64,000 bases of DNA. Source: Myxococcota bacterium. GTDB lineage: Bacteria; Myxococcota; JACRCW01. Positions 46,245-56,370 of the stretch are shown here, one piece after another (position 1 is the stretch's first letter; each line of letters begins with the position of its first letter). The position numbers and the translations under genes are program-made. The DNA lies in assembly GCA_040752415.1 (NCBI GenBank), contig JBFMGU010000014.1, positions 1-64,000 of the forward strand. The letters run 5' to 3'. The notes under the pieces were generated by a model, which worked only from the letters and a program-made list of their open reading frames with translations, was not told where the DNA came from and searched no databases.

Positions 46245-48328
46245 GGCGCCCGCCCGCGCTGGAAGGTGACCGGGAACTCCACCGCCTGGAAGCGGGGATC
46301 CGGCGACAACGCCGCGCCCAGCTTGCCCTCTCGCAGCCGCAGCATGGTGGTGGCGCCCGCCTGCGGGATGGTCACCGGCGGACGCACCTTCAGCGTGGCG
46401 GAGAACGTGGCGCGCGTGACCGGAGCGGGCGTGGACGCCGTCAGCATGTAGCCACGCTGCTCCAGGCTGCCGGTCTCGATCTTCCCGGGCGGTCCGGGGG
46501 ACTTCACGCTCGCTTCGCCCGCGGCGAAGGACACCCGCGCCGGCTGGGTCATGGAGAGCTCCACGCCCGCCCCGGCCACCCCGCCGTTGAAGTAGCGGCC
46601 GCCACGCTGCTCGAAGGGCGCGTCGGACTGGAGGTGCCAGTTGACCACGCGCGCTTCACCCAGCTCCACCTGGTCCTCGACGGTGAACGTGTCGCGACCA
46701 TCAAAGGAGAAGGTGCGCGTGAAGCGCTTGAGCCTGGCTTCGTCGGGATAGGCCGCGGCCACGTCCGCCACGATGCGCACCCGCCCACCCTCGCTCTTCA
46801 CGTCGCGGATGCGGATGTCGGTGAGCCGCTGGTAGGGCAGCTCGCGCCACACGTCGTGGGCCACCGGCTTGCCCTGGCCGAACTCACCGAAGGTCAGCGT
46901 GTTGTGGTTGGCGGCGTTGGGGATGCCCGCATAGCCGGTGTCCCCGGTGAGATAGCGGCCATGCGCCCAGATGATGAAGCTGCCGGCGTCGGGATGGGCG
47001 TGACCGCTGTCCAGGCGGGCTTCCGGCATGCGCGCGAGCAGCTCCGCCACGCGGTGCCCCTGGGGCGGACCCGCCTTGAAGGCGAAGGCCAGCGCATCCT
47101 TGTTCCACGACGTGCGCTGGAAGAACACGCCGGAGTCCTTGAAGTGGTGCGCCAGCGGAATCCGGTCCATGGACGCGGCCTCCAGCTCGGCGTCGCGCCA
47201 CAGGAGCGTCCAGTACTCCTCGAGGTTGCTGTGCCCAAAGGAGGCCAGCCGCTCCGCCACCGCCTGCGCTTCCGCGTCCTGGAACCGCGAGGCCACGCGG
47301 TAGAGCACGTTGTAGTTGCTCTGCAGCGTGCCGCCTGGATAGACGCGGACGTAGTCGTTGCCGCTCTTGGCGCGGGTGTGCGCTCCCTCCCACGCGTCGC
47401 CGATGTCGAAGGCGTTCTGCCCGTCGGGGAGGATCACGTGGGCCATGAAGAGCTTCCAGTTGCGGAACACGTCGCGGTTCCACAGGCTCTCCCCGGTGCT
47501 GTGCTCCCAGGCGTCCAGGAAATGGACCAGCCAGGGCATGGAGAAGATCCAGTACTCCACGCCCTCGTAGTAGTAGCCGTCGGGGCTCAGCATCTGCGCC
47601 GCGCGGTGGTGATGCGCCCGGGCCAGCGCCGCCCAGCGGGGCGCGTCCGCGCTCTCTCCCATCAGGGCCAAGGCGGCCACGCCCAGTCCCGCGGTGGGGA
47701 TGAAGTCGTGGTTCTGCGTGAAGGCGAACTTCTTGTCCTTGCCCGGCGCGAAGTGGTTGTAGACCTGCTGCGCGTGGCGCTCCAGGGAGGCGCGGATGCG
47801 GACCCGCTCCTGCGACGAGAGGTCGTTGTAGAGCAGGTCATAGGCCCAGCCGATGGCATAGAGGAGGTGACCCGCGGCGAGGTCGACGTTGGGCTTGTTG
47901 TACGTGTAGCCCCACGGCTCGTAGTCAATGGCGGCCAGCGTCCACCGGCGCGCGGCCTCGAGGTACTCGGGACGACGCTCGATCTGCCAGGCCAGCGCGG
48001 CGCCGACGATGGCGTACGCAGCGTTGTTCTGGGAGCGACGCGCCTGCGGTCCGGGCGGAGGCGGCGGGGCGCTGGTGAGGGCGGGAAGATTCTGCAGCAC
48101 GCGCGTCCACTCGTCGCGGTGCGTGGTGCGAGCGCGCTTGCGCAGCGCCTCCAGCTCCTGCCCGGTGGCGAAGACACGCGGGTGCACACCGGTGAGCTCG
48201 GGACGCAGAGCCACGGGGTGGGACACCAGCTCATCAAACGTGGGAACGGGCTCTTCCGCCCGAGCCGGCGCGACGAACGCGCCCAGGACCAGCAGTGCTG
48301 CAACCACCACCGAGAACACGCTTCTCAT
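46241..48328 (-). CDS. Secreted polysaccharide lyase-like protein (DUF4962 + heparinase II/III-like)
   Basis: Signal peptide (APARA|EE), HPRVF, QNH, DGYYYEG.EYW, GHAHPDAGSF, DTGY, HNTL. Confidence 0.8.
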   Translation of the reverse strand: MRSVFSVVVAALLVLGAFVAPARAEEPVPTFDELVSHPVALRPELTGVHPRVFATGQELEALRKRARTTHRDEWTRVLQNLPALTSAPPPPPGPQARRSQNNAAYAIVGAALAWQIERRPEYLEAARRWTLAAIDYEPWGYTYNKPNVDLAAGHLLYAIGWAYDLLYNDLSSQERVRIRASLERHAQQVYNHFAPGKDKKFAFTQNHDFIPTAGLGVAALALMGESADAPRWAALARAHHHRAAQMLSPDGYYYEGVEYWIFSMPWLVHFLDAWEHSTGESLWNRDVFRNWKLFMAHVILPDGQNAFDIGDAWEGAHTRAKSGNDYVRVYPGGTLQSNYNVLYRVASRFQDAEAQAVAERLASFGHSNLEEYWTLLWRDAELEAASMDRIPLAHHFKDSGVFFQRTSWNKDALAFAFKAGPPQGHRVAELLARMPEARLDSGHAHPDAGSFIIWAHGRYLTGDTGYAGIPNAANHNTLTFGEFGQGKPVAHDVWRELPYQRLTDIRIRDVKSEGGRVRIVADVAAAYPDEARLKRFTRTFSFDGRDTFTVEDQVELGEARVVNWHLQSDAPFEQRGGRYFNGGVAGAGVELSMTQPARVSFAAGEASVKSPGPPGKIETGSLEQRGYMLTASTPAPVTRATFSATLKVRPPVTIPQAGATTMLRLREGKLGAALSPDPRFQAVEFPVTFQRGRAP

Positions 48329-48666
48329 GCACCCCTCAATGTTGAGCGGTCTGTAGGGTAGACGGCTGCCGCTCACGCCGGTTGGCGGTCGGCTTCTACA
48401 AGCGCACGCTCACCGTGCAAGCGAAAGCAGTCTAACGGCCCGACGCAACCTGGGCCGTGGGCACGCCGTCACGACGAGCCCACAGCACACCACACGTGAT
48501 CCGGGATCCGCGGAGCCCCAGGTCACGTGCCCTGTCCACGCTTCGTCATCGCTTCGCGCGAGATTCGCGCTTAGGCATGGAGCACGAAAAATGCCTGGGG
48601 TGTGACTTGATTTGCGTATTCCATCCGGTGTAGCGCACGCGCCTTCCGAAGCTTCCGGGGGGCTGC

Positions 48667-49764
48667 ATGACACGCTTTCACGCTGACGCTTTCACCATGA
48701 CCATCCGCTTCCGTCGCTGGGCCGGCCTGACGCTGTGCCTGGGGGCGCTCTTCGGCCCGGCGCGCGCGCGCGCCCAGCTCCGCGCGCCCGACGTGGAGAT
48801 GGGCTCCGGCGAGGACGAGGTGTGGTCGCCCACGCGTGAGACCCACGACACCGCACGCACCCCGGTGGACGTGGTGACGGTCCCCGACGGCCCGGTCCAC
48901 ACGCTGCCCGGCCGCACGGTGCAGGTGGACCTGCCAGCGGGTCGGCGCGTCACCGCGGTGGTGGAGCCGCGGATCATCAACGACCTGCTGCTGACCTTCG
49001 AGGTGGTGGAAGCGCTCAAGCTCTTCATCGGCCTGCCCCTGACATTCACGCCGGGTGACGGTCCGGAGGCGTTGGACGACGTGCCGGGCTACCTGCCCAG
49101 GGTGCGCGTGAACGACCTCCGAATGGGCACGAAGCTCAAGGTGCTCCGCCAGAAGCAGCACGGCGTGGACTTCACCCTGGTGCTCCAGCTCAACGTGCCC
49201 AGCGGCGTTGGCCTGGACCTCACGGCGCCGTTCTCCGGCCTGCATGACCAGGCGTGGTGGGGCGAACTGGTCACCGGGGAGCCGCTCGTGGGCCTGGTGG
49301 GTGTTCAGACCGAGCTCCAGCTCTCCCGCGACCTCACGAAGTTCACCAGCATCAACGCGCGCCTGGGCTTCCGCGCGAGGCATCCCACGCGCGTGGGTGC
49401 GGGAAACTTCACCGAGGACGTCTACGCACGCGTGGGCGTGTCCTTCAAGGGCAAGAAGCTGAAGGAGAAGGTGAAGTTGTTCCGCTACGTCCCGCTGGAG
49501 CTCCGCCTGGACGGCGCGGGCGCCAACTCCACACGCGCCAAGGACATCCGACTGCCCACGTTGCAGCAGCTGCGCGACGGTCCGGAAGCACCCACGCTGC
49601 AACCCAGCGGCGAGGTCATCCTCACCACCGGCCTCGAGTATCCGTGGCTACACCCCTACGCGCAGTACTCCCTGGGCATGGCGCCCGGTCAGAACGGGCC
49701 GGACCTCCGCGTGATGGTGGGCATGAAGGTGACCACGGAGCTTATTGCCAAGCTGCCGTGGTGA
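48667..49764 (+). CDS. Hypothetical exported / outer-membrane beta-barrel-like protein
   Basis: Signal peptide ARARA; alternating hydrophobic beta-strands; PDLRVMVG near the C-terminus. Confidence 0.6.
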   Translation: MTRFHADAFTMTIRFRRWAGLTLCLGALFGPARARAQLRAPDVEMGSGEDEVWSPTRETHDTARTPVDVVTVPDGPVHTLPGRTVQVDLPAGRRVTAVVEPRIINDLLLTFEVVEALKLFIGLPLTFTPGDGPEALDDVPGYLPRVRVNDLRMGTKLKVLRQKQHGVDFTLVLQLNVPSGVGLDLTAPFSGLHDQAWWGELVTGEPLVGLVGVQTELQLSRDLTKFTSINARLGFRARHPTRVGAGNFTEDVYARVGVSFKGKKLKEKVKLFRYVPLELRLDGAGANSTRAKDIRLPTLQQLRDGPEAPTLQPSGEVILTTGLEYPWLHPYAQYSLGMAPGQNGPDLRVMVGMKVTTELIAKLPW

Positions 49765-50091
49765 TTGGCGCGTTCTCTCATCACGGCGCACCGTCTTGCG
49801 GCGATTCCCGTTGAAGGCGGGATGGGCCGCGTCGGACCGAGCGAAAGCGGTACTTCATACCGCAGTCCGAAAGGGTGCGGGCGCCGCTCCTCTTCACGGG
49901 TCATCGATGCCCGCACCCGCGCCGTCCTGGAACGTGCCGGCCCCCTGGTCCAAAGGGATGAACGCGGCCGGCCACTTTCGGACTGCGGCATGAAGTGCCG
50001 CTTTGCCTCGGACTGATCTGGTTCATCCCCAGGTGCCGTGATCGCCACGAAGCGTGGATTTTCCCCATGGATCCGCCCACTTCCAGGCCGG

Positions 50092-50118
50092 TGTCCGGAT
50101 CCACGGAGCCCGTTCGTC
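50092..50118 (+). promoter_or_regulatory. Putative ECF42-type promoter
   Basis: TGTCCG-N17-CGTC upstream of the VOC-yciI-sigma cluster. Confidence 0.6.
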
Positions 50119-50169
50119 GCAGGTGTGGAAGCGCTCACGGAGGGCGCCCACCTACCAGGAAACGAACCC

Positions 50170-50961
50170 ATGACCACCACCACCAACAACACCCAGAAAA
50201 CCACCAACAAGGCTGCGTCCACCGCCCGCGCGCCGCAGGGAACGTTCCTGTGGTTTGAGCTGCGCACGCCCAACCTCGAGAAGGCCTCACGGTTCTACGG
50301 CGAGGTGCTGGGCTGGAAGACGCAGAGCGTGGACATGGGCGGACAGGTCGTCACTCTGTTCGCCAACGCGGAGAAGGTGGTGGCCAACGTGGAGGCGCGT
50401 CAGGGACCGTCCGCGTTCGTCTCCTACGTCGCGGTTGACGACGTGGACGCGGCGGCGCGTCGCGTGGCGGCGGCGGGCGGGAAGGTGCACGGCGCGCCGG
50501 TGGACCTGCCCACCGTGGGACGGATGGTGGAGGTGGAAGACCCGGAGGGCGCGGTGTTCTTCCTGTTCCGCGGCGTCAACGACGAGGCCGGACAGCCCCG
50601 GGGTCCGGGCGGCTTCCTGTGGAATGAGCTGTGGGCGCACGACACGCGCAAGGCCCTGGCGTTCCTCACCAGCGTGCTCGGCTACGGCATCAAGGAGATG
50701 CCCATGGGCGACATCACCTATCACGTGCTCGAGAAGGGCACGCAGAGCCTCGCGGGCGTCATGCCCAGCATGGACAAGAGCATTCCGTCGGCGTGGCTTC
50801 CGTACGTTCACGTCGTCGACGTGGACGCCGCGCGGGCGCGGGCACTGCAGCTGGGTGCGCAGCCGCTGGGCGAGGTCATGGAGGTCCCGGGCGTGGGTCG
50901 GATGGCGCTGATGGTGGACCCGCTGGGTGCGCGCTTCGCCGTCATGACACCCGCGCGCTGA
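50170..50961 (+). CDS. VOC/glyoxalase family protein (two domains)
   Basis: FLWFEL.T...FYGEVLGW, DVDAA, DPEGAVF; second copy FLWNEL...WLPY...DPLGARF. Confidence 0.92.
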   Translation: MTTTTNNTQKTTNKAASTARAPQGTFLWFELRTPNLEKASRFYGEVLGWKTQSVDMGGQVVTLFANAEKVVANVEARQGPSAFVSYVAVDDVDAAARRVAAAGGKVHGAPVDLPTVGRMVEVEDPEGAVFFLFRGVNDEAGQPRGPGGFLWNELWAHDTRKALAFLTSVLGYGIKEMPMGDITYHVLEKGTQSLAGVMPSMDKSIPSAWLPYVHVVDVDAARARALQLGAQPLGEVMEVPGVGRMALMVDPLGARFAVMTPAR

Positions 50962-51022
50962 GCCGAGCCTGTTGATCACGGAAACCAACTGCTAGACCCA
51001 ACCACCCACAAGGAGAGCAACC

Positions 51023-51376
51023 ATGAAGTACCTGGCACTCATCTACAGCAATGAGCAGGAGGAGATGTCCCGCGGTGACGCGTTCCAGAAGCAAGTCCTC
51101 GACGAGTACATGGCGTTCGAGGGATGGCTGGCGGGACAGAAGGGCGTGAAGCTGGGCGGCAATGCGCTGCAGCCCACCCCGTCCGCCACCACGGTGCGCG
51201 TGCGCAACGGCAAGACGCTGACCACCGACGGCCCCTTCGCGGAGACCAAGGAGCAGCTGGGCGGCTACTACCTGCTGGAAGCCAAGGACCTCGACGAGGC
51301 CATCAAGCTTGCCGCGCGCATCCCGACGGCGAAGTACGGCAGCATCGAGGTGCGGCCCATCATGGAGTTCAACTGA
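51023..51376 (+). CDS. YciI/DGPF-domain protein
   Basis: MKYLALIY, TDGPFAETKEQLGGYY, IEVRP; AAGGAG RBS. Confidence 0.93.
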   Translation: MKYLALIYSNEQEEMSRGDAFQKQVLDEYMAFEGWLAGQKGVKLGGNALQPTPSATTVRVRNGKTLTTDGPFAETKEQLGGYYLLEAKDLDEAIKLAARIPTAKYGSIEVRPIMEFN

Positions 51377-51472
51377 AGAACACGGGAACCGCGGCCCCGT
51401 GGACGCCGTCAACCCGTTCACGGGGCGCTTTCCACCTGACAATCCCGCGCGCGCTGTGGTGTGCTGCCAGCG

Positions 51473-52756
51473 ATGGTTCCCGTTGCACCCACGCCGCGCG
51501 AGCTGGTGGCACGCACGTTCAAGGCGGAGGGCCCGCGCATCCGGGCCGCGCTGATCCGCGCCACCGGCGACTTCGAGCTGGCGGAGGACGCGCTCTCCGC
51601 TGCCGTCGAGAAGGCGCTGCAGGTCTGGCCGCAGGGAGGGACCCCGCAGCGTCCCGGCGCCTGGCTCATGGAGGTGGCGCGCAACCACGCGCTGGACGTG
51701 GTGCGTCGCGCGCAGCGGTTCCGGGACCGTGAGCAGGCGGTGGCGCACCTGGAGACACTGAGTCGCACCACCGAGTCTCCCGACGTCACCACCGCGCGCA
51801 CCGGGCTGGAGCGCGGCATCCACGCCGTGGACGACCGCCTCCGGCTGGTGTTCACCGCGTGCCACCCCGCGCTGGCGGAGGAGGCGCAGGTGGCGTTGAC
51901 GCTGCAGGTGGTGGCGGGCCTGACCGCCGAGGAGATTGCGCGTGCGTTCCTGACGCCCGCGGCCACCATGGAGAAGCGGCTGACGCGCGCCAAACAGAAG
52001 ATCCGCGACGCGCGCATTCCCTTTGACGTGCCCTCACCCGAGGACCTGCCCGAGCGCCTGCACACCGTGCTGCACGTGATCTATCTCGTCTTCAACGAAG
52101 GCTACGTGGCCAGCCGCGGGGAGAACCTGCTGCGCCAGGGATTGTGCGACGACGCCATCCGGGTGGCGGAGCTGCTGCACGCGTTGCTCCCCGGTGAGCC
52201 GGAGGTGGCGGGACTGTTGGCCTTGTTGCTGCTGACGCAATCCCGTGCCCGGGCACGCGTCGACGAGACGGGCGACCTGGTGCTGCTGGAGGCCCAGGAT
52301 CGCACGCGGTGGGATGCGGCGCTGGTGGCGCGCGGCGTGGCGCTGGTCGAGGAGGCGTTGCAGCAGCGTCGTGCGGGGCCCTACCAGGTGCAGGCGGCCA
52401 TTGCGGCGCTGCACGCGCAGGCCCCCACCGCGGCGGAAACCGACTGGCCACAGATTGCCGCGCTCTACGCCGCGCTGGTGGGCATGAGTCCCACGCCGGT
52501 GGTGCGGCTCAACCACGCCGTGGCGGTGGCGCTCGCCCACGACGTGGACGCGGGTCTTTCGCTGGTGGAGGCGCTGGCGCGCGAGGGAGACCTGGAGGGC
52601 TACCACCTGCTGCACGCCACCCGCGCGGACCTGTACCGACGGAAAGGCGACCTGCAACGCGCGCAGCGTGCGTACAAGAAGGCGTTGACGTTGGCACGCA
52701 ACAGCGCGGAGCGGAGGTTCCTGGAGCGGCGGCTGGCGCAGTTGGCCACGCGGTAG
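51473..52756 (+). CDS. ECF sigma factor with C-terminal TPR/DUF6596 extension (ECF42-like)
   Basis: DFELAEDAL, DDRLRLVFTACHPAL, EIARAFL, RLTRAKQKI, YLVFNEGY, QDRTRWD, GPYQVQAAIAALH. Confidence 0.92.
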   Translation: MVPVAPTPRELVARTFKAEGPRIRAALIRATGDFELAEDALSAAVEKALQVWPQGGTPQRPGAWLMEVARNHALDVVRRAQRFRDREQAVAHLETLSRTTESPDVTTARTGLERGIHAVDDRLRLVFTACHPALAEEAQVALTLQVVAGLTAEEIARAFLTPAATMEKRLTRAKQKIRDARIPFDVPSPEDLPERLHTVLHVIYLVFNEGYVASRGENLLRQGLCDDAIRVAELLHALLPGEPEVAGLLALLLLTQSRARARVDETGDLVLLEAQDRTRWDAALVARGVALVEEALQQRRAGPYQVQAAIAALHAQAPTAAETDWPQIAALYAALVGMSPTPVVRLNHAVAVALAHDVDAGLSLVEALAREGDLEGYHLLHATRADLYRRKGDLQRAQRAYKKALTLARNSAERRFLERRLAQLATR

Positions 52757-52798
52757 GGGCTGACGCCTCGTCGTCGACGAACCCCCAGGGCGGTTCCC

Positions 52799-53245
52799 TC
52801 ACCCGCCCGCGGCCCGCGCCTCCAGGTACTCCTTCATCAGCTCCAGGTCATTCGTGATGTTCCGCTTCACCATGCGCGACATCAACGGCGCGGCCACCTT
52901 GAAGAAGCCGGTGCCTCCCCCCGCGGCGCGGATGCGGGCCGTGGTTCCCTCCGCGCTGTCCTCGAGCTCATAGCGGATCTGCATGGGGAAGGGCTCGGTC
53001 ACCTTGATTTCCACGTAGCTCGTCCCGTCGGTGGCGGTGACCTCGTACACGTACCCGAACTGGCGTCCCATGAATTTGGAGATGCGCTCCACGCGTGAAC
53101 CCACGCGCAGCGGCCCCTCCGTGAGCGGCCGACTCTCCACCACACCGGTGGTCCAGATGGCGTCATTGCGCGGGTCGAACATGAACGCCGCCACCTCGGC
53201 GCGGGGACGTTGGATGAGCACCTGCGTCTGGATGTCCACTGCCAT
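52799..53245 (-). CDS. SRPBCC/polyketide cyclase family protein
   Basis: IQRPRAEVAAFMFDPRN..W, DLELMKEYLE; GGAGG RBS. Confidence 0.88.
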   Translation of the reverse strand: MAVDIQTQVLIQRPRAEVAAFMFDPRNDAIWTTGVVESRPLTEGPLRVGSRVERISKFMGRQFGYVYEVTATDGTSYVEIKVTEPFPMQIRYELEDSAEGTTARIRAAGGGTGFFKVAAPLMSRMVKRNITNDLELMKEYLEARAAGG

Positions 53246-53321
53246 GGCTGCCTCCGTGCTTGCCTGCCCCCGCTTGTACCGTCCGGGGACGTGCTGAGAC
53301 AATACGGTGATTTCGGGACGC

Positions 53322-53343
53322 ATCGTCCCAGGGGCGGGACAAT
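53322..53343. promoter_or_regulatory. Putative LysR operator
   Basis: Inverted repeat ATCGTCCC-N6-GGGACAAT overlapping the lysR start in the divergent gap. Confidence 0.5.
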
Positions 53344-54301
53344 GAGACTGGAGGACATGCGCTTGTTCGCCCGGGTTGCGGAGGCGCGCAGCTTCACCGG
53401 TGCGGCACGGCAACTGGGTATTCCCAAGCAGACGCTGAGTCGTCGCATTGCGGAGCTGGAGGAAGCATTGGACGTGCAGCTCATCCACCGCACCACGCGC
53501 AAGCTCCACCTCACCGACGTGGGCGCGGCCTACGCGGAGCGGTGCGCCGAGCTGGTCCGGCTGGCGGAGGAGGCCAACCGCGCCGTCACCGACACCCGCC
53601 AGGCGCCGCGGGGCGTGTTGCGCGTGACCGCGGACCCGGTGTTCGGAGAAGCATTCGTCACCGGTCTCGTCGTGGAGTACGCGCAACGCTGGCCACAGGT
53701 GCAGGTGGACGTCATGCTCACCCGTCGTCACGTGGACCTGGTGGAGGAGGGTTTTGACGTGGCGTTCCGCATCGGGCGCGCGGATGACCCGGCGCTCACC
53801 GCCACCGCGCTCGGCCCCGCGCGTGTCCGCTACTGCGCCAGCCCGCGCTATCTCGCGCGGCGGGGCACCCCGACCTCACCGGAGGACCTCTCGCGCCATG
53901 AGTGCCTTCCCCTCGTCACCGACGGGACACCGCAGCGCTGGCCGTTCCGCGGTCCCAAGGGTCCGGTGCTGCTGCCGGTCCCCGCGCGACTGCGCTTCAC
54001 CAGCTTTGCCATGGCGCACGCCGCCGCCCTGGCGGGCCTGGGCATCGCCATCTTCCCGGAGTTCGCCTGCGCTGACGACCTGCGCCAGGGACGCCTGGTG
54101 CCGGTGCTGGAGGACTTCGTCGTCGACGTGGGTGCGGTGCTGCTGGTCCATCCCACGGCGCGCTACCTGACCGCGCGGGTGCGCACGTTCGTGGAGCTGG
54201 CGCAGGAGCGGCTGGCGCGGAATCCACCCTGGGTTGTCAGGGATGGGGAACTGCCCCACCCGCGACGTCGTACGCGTCGTCCCGCCCGAGGCCAGCGCTG
54301 A
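53342..54301 (+). CDS. LysR-family regulator (CrgA-like)
   Basis: FARVAEARSFTGAARQLG...LSRRIAELE...RTTRKL.LT; DLVEEGFDVAFR. Confidence 0.93.
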   Translation: MRLEDMRLFARVAEARSFTGAARQLGIPKQTLSRRIAELEEALDVQLIHRTTRKLHLTDVGAAYAERCAELVRLAEEANRAVTDTRQAPRGVLRVTADPVFGEAFVTGLVVEYAQRWPQVQVDVMLTRRHVDLVEEGFDVAFRIGRADDPALTATALGPARVRYCASPRYLARRGTPTSPEDLSRHECLPLVTDGTPQRWPFRGPKGPVLLPVPARLRFTSFAMAHAAALAGLGIAIFPEFACADDLRQGRLVPVLEDFVVDVGAVLLVHPTARYLTARVRTFVELAQERLARNPPWVVRDGELPHPRRRTRRPARGQR

Positions 54302-54377
54302 CGCCCTCCCCGTCCGGACCTTCCGCACGCGGGCAAACGCGAAGTATGCATTCCTCCGCCAGGAACGTCTTTTCCGC

Positions 54378-55418
54378 ATGGGGTCTTCCGTGTTGGTGCC
54401 GGTTTGCCGATTCACCCATGTCACCCGTCATCTCGTGGTGGGTGTGAGCCTGTGGTGCGTTCCCGCGGCGGTGACGGCGCAGGCCGCGGAGCCACCTCCG
54501 GCGACGACGGAAGCACCCGCGCAGGTCCAGGTGGAGGAGCGCCCGGAGGTGGTGGTGCAGGAGGATGCTTCGGTGGAGGTGCTGCTGCAGCGCGCCACCC
54601 AGGCCTACGACGGACTGGACTACGAGGTGGCGCTGGCCCACGCCGCCGCCGCGCTGCGCAAACCCGCCATCACCGACGAGCAACGCGTCCGCGCCTACGT
54701 CATCCTGGCGGGCTCCAGCGCGGTGATGGGTCAGACCCTGGAAGCAGAGCGCGCCTACCGACTGCTGCTTCGCCTCCAGCCGGGGTTCACCATGCCGGAC
54801 AGCACGCCGCCCAAGATCCTGGCCGCGTGGCGCGTGGTGTGGGCGGAGGAGGAGGAAATCCGTCGTACCGTGCGGGAGGCGGAGCACCAGCGCCTCATCC
54901 AGTCCATCCGCCTCGACGTGCAGGCACCCGAACGACACCGTGGCGGCGAGCCATTGGAGGTCCGCGTCCACGTCGTGGACCCGTACCGCGGCATCCAGGC
55001 GCTCACGCTGGCCTACCGCACGCGCGGCCAGGGCGCGTACTCCACGCTGCCTTTCGAGAAGCGCGGTGATTCCTACGTGGCGCGTTTCACCGCGGCGCAG
55101 ACCTCGTCGGAGCTGGGCCTGAAGCTGCAGTACGCGGTGATTGCCCGCGGCCACGGCGGTGAGGTCCTGGCCACGCAGGGCACCGAGGCGAAACCTCGCG
55201 TGGTGGCGGTGACGCCCGGATTCGAGCCGGGCCCGCCCATGTACAAACAACCCTGGTTCCGTCCCGTGGCGGCCGCGGCGGGCGCTGGGCTCTTCACCGT
55301 TTCCGGCCTGATTCTCGTCGGTGTGGTGGGCTCCGCCGGCGGCGCCGCGCTGGCTGCCTACCTGCTCACCCGCGGCGAGGCCGTCCCCCGCACGCCGCTG
55401 GGCAGTCACAGGTTCTGA
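54378..55418 (+). CDS. Exported TPR-like protein with C-terminal membrane anchor
   Basis: Signal-like N-terminus, helical repeats, PPKI motif, PMYKQPWF followed by a TM segment. Confidence 0.7.
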   Translation: MGSSVLVPVCRFTHVTRHLVVGVSLWCVPAAVTAQAAEPPPATTEAPAQVQVEERPEVVVQEDASVEVLLQRATQAYDGLDYEVALAHAAAALRKPAITDEQRVRAYVILAGSSAVMGQTLEAERAYRLLLRLQPGFTMPDSTPPKILAAWRVVWAEEEEIRRTVREAEHQRLIQSIRLDVQAPERHRGGEPLEVRVHVVDPYRGIQALTLAYRTRGQGAYSTLPFEKRGDSYVARFTAAQTSSELGLKLQYAVIARGHGGEVLATQGTEAKPRVVAVTPGFEPGPPMYKQPWFRPVAAAAGAGLFTVSGLILVGVVGSAGGAALAAYLLTRGEAVPRTPLGSHRF

Positions 55419-55419
55419 C

Positions 55420-56367
55420 ATGCGTCGCTCCCGTTTCCACGTCGAGTTCCGTGGCTGCTCGTGGCTCGCCGTCATGGTGTTGACCGCCTGCATCCAGCAG
55501 GGCCGCAACGGTGAGCCGGTGATTGCGCCACCTCCGCCGCCGGACCGCATCTACCTGGGACCGCCGGGAAGCGTGCCCACCCACGTCACGGTGCGCGTGG
55601 AACGAGGCACGATGGTGGGAGAGGCGTGGACGCTCCACTCCGTCGTCGACTCCAACGGGAAGCACAGCGAGGCCACGTTGCCGGAGGACCGTGAGCCCAA
55701 TGAGCCCATCCAGTTCCCGGCAATCTACACCGTGGTGGGCGAGGACCTCCGTGGCGAGACGCGCATTTTGGTGGAAGCGTTCAGTCGCGAGGGAAAGGTG
55801 TTGGGTCGCGGCAGCACGGTGACCCAGGTGACGCCCGGACGTGGCGGCCCCGCGGACCTCACGCTGGCGCAGGCCTGCACCGTCAACGCGGACTGCGACG
55901 ACGGTCGCTTCTGCACCGGCGAGGAGACCTGCGTGGCGGGCCTGTGCCAGTCAGCGCCACCGCCCTGCCCCGCTTCCGGCTTCACGTGCATCACCACCGG
56001 CTGTGACGAGGTGGAGGAGAGGTGTCTCGTCGACGTGCGCCACGACCTGTGCACGCCGTTGGCCACAGATGCCGGCACGCTGGAGCGCTACTGCGACCCG
56101 TCCGCGGGCTGCGCGGTGGGCCGCGGGTGCGAGCAGGAGAGCGAGTGCCAGGACGGTTCGCTGTGCAATGGCACCGAGTTGTGCGTGGGCTACCGCTGCG
56201 TGCAGGGCCCGGCGCTCGACCTCGAGGACGACAATCCCTGCACCATCGACGCATGCGTGGAGGAACAAGGAGAGCGCCACTTCCCGGAAGCCGACGGCAC
56301 CGCGTGCGAGGCGCCCGGCATCAGCAACGGCGTGTGCCAGGCGGGAAGCTGTGTCTCCTCGTCGTGA
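55420..56367 (+). CDS. Cys-rich lipoprotein
   Basis: Lipobox VLTAC; CDDGRFCTG.E.C and DDNPCTIDAC repeats. Confidence 0.78.
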   Translation: MRRSRFHVEFRGCSWLAVMVLTACIQQGRNGEPVIAPPPPPDRIYLGPPGSVPTHVTVRVERGTMVGEAWTLHSVVDSNGKHSEATLPEDREPNEPIQFPAIYTVVGEDLRGETRILVEAFSREGKVLGRGSTVTQVTPGRGGPADLTLAQACTVNADCDDGRFCTGEETCVAGLCQSAPPPCPASGFTCITTGCDEVEERCLVDVRHDLCTPLATDAGTLERYCDPSAGCAVGRGCEQESECQDGSLCNGTELCVGYRCVQGPALDLEDDNPCTIDACVEEQGERHFPEADGTACEAPGISNGVCQAGSCVSSS

Positions 56368-56370
56368 AAC

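Noticed and set aside
42378..46451. 1357-aa plus-strand ORF
   Set aside because: Antisense shadow of the eda-kdgK-SDR-MFS operon caused by high GC3; no motifs
48571..49602. 343-aa minus-strand ORF
   Set aside because: Antisense shadow of the plus-strand exported protein
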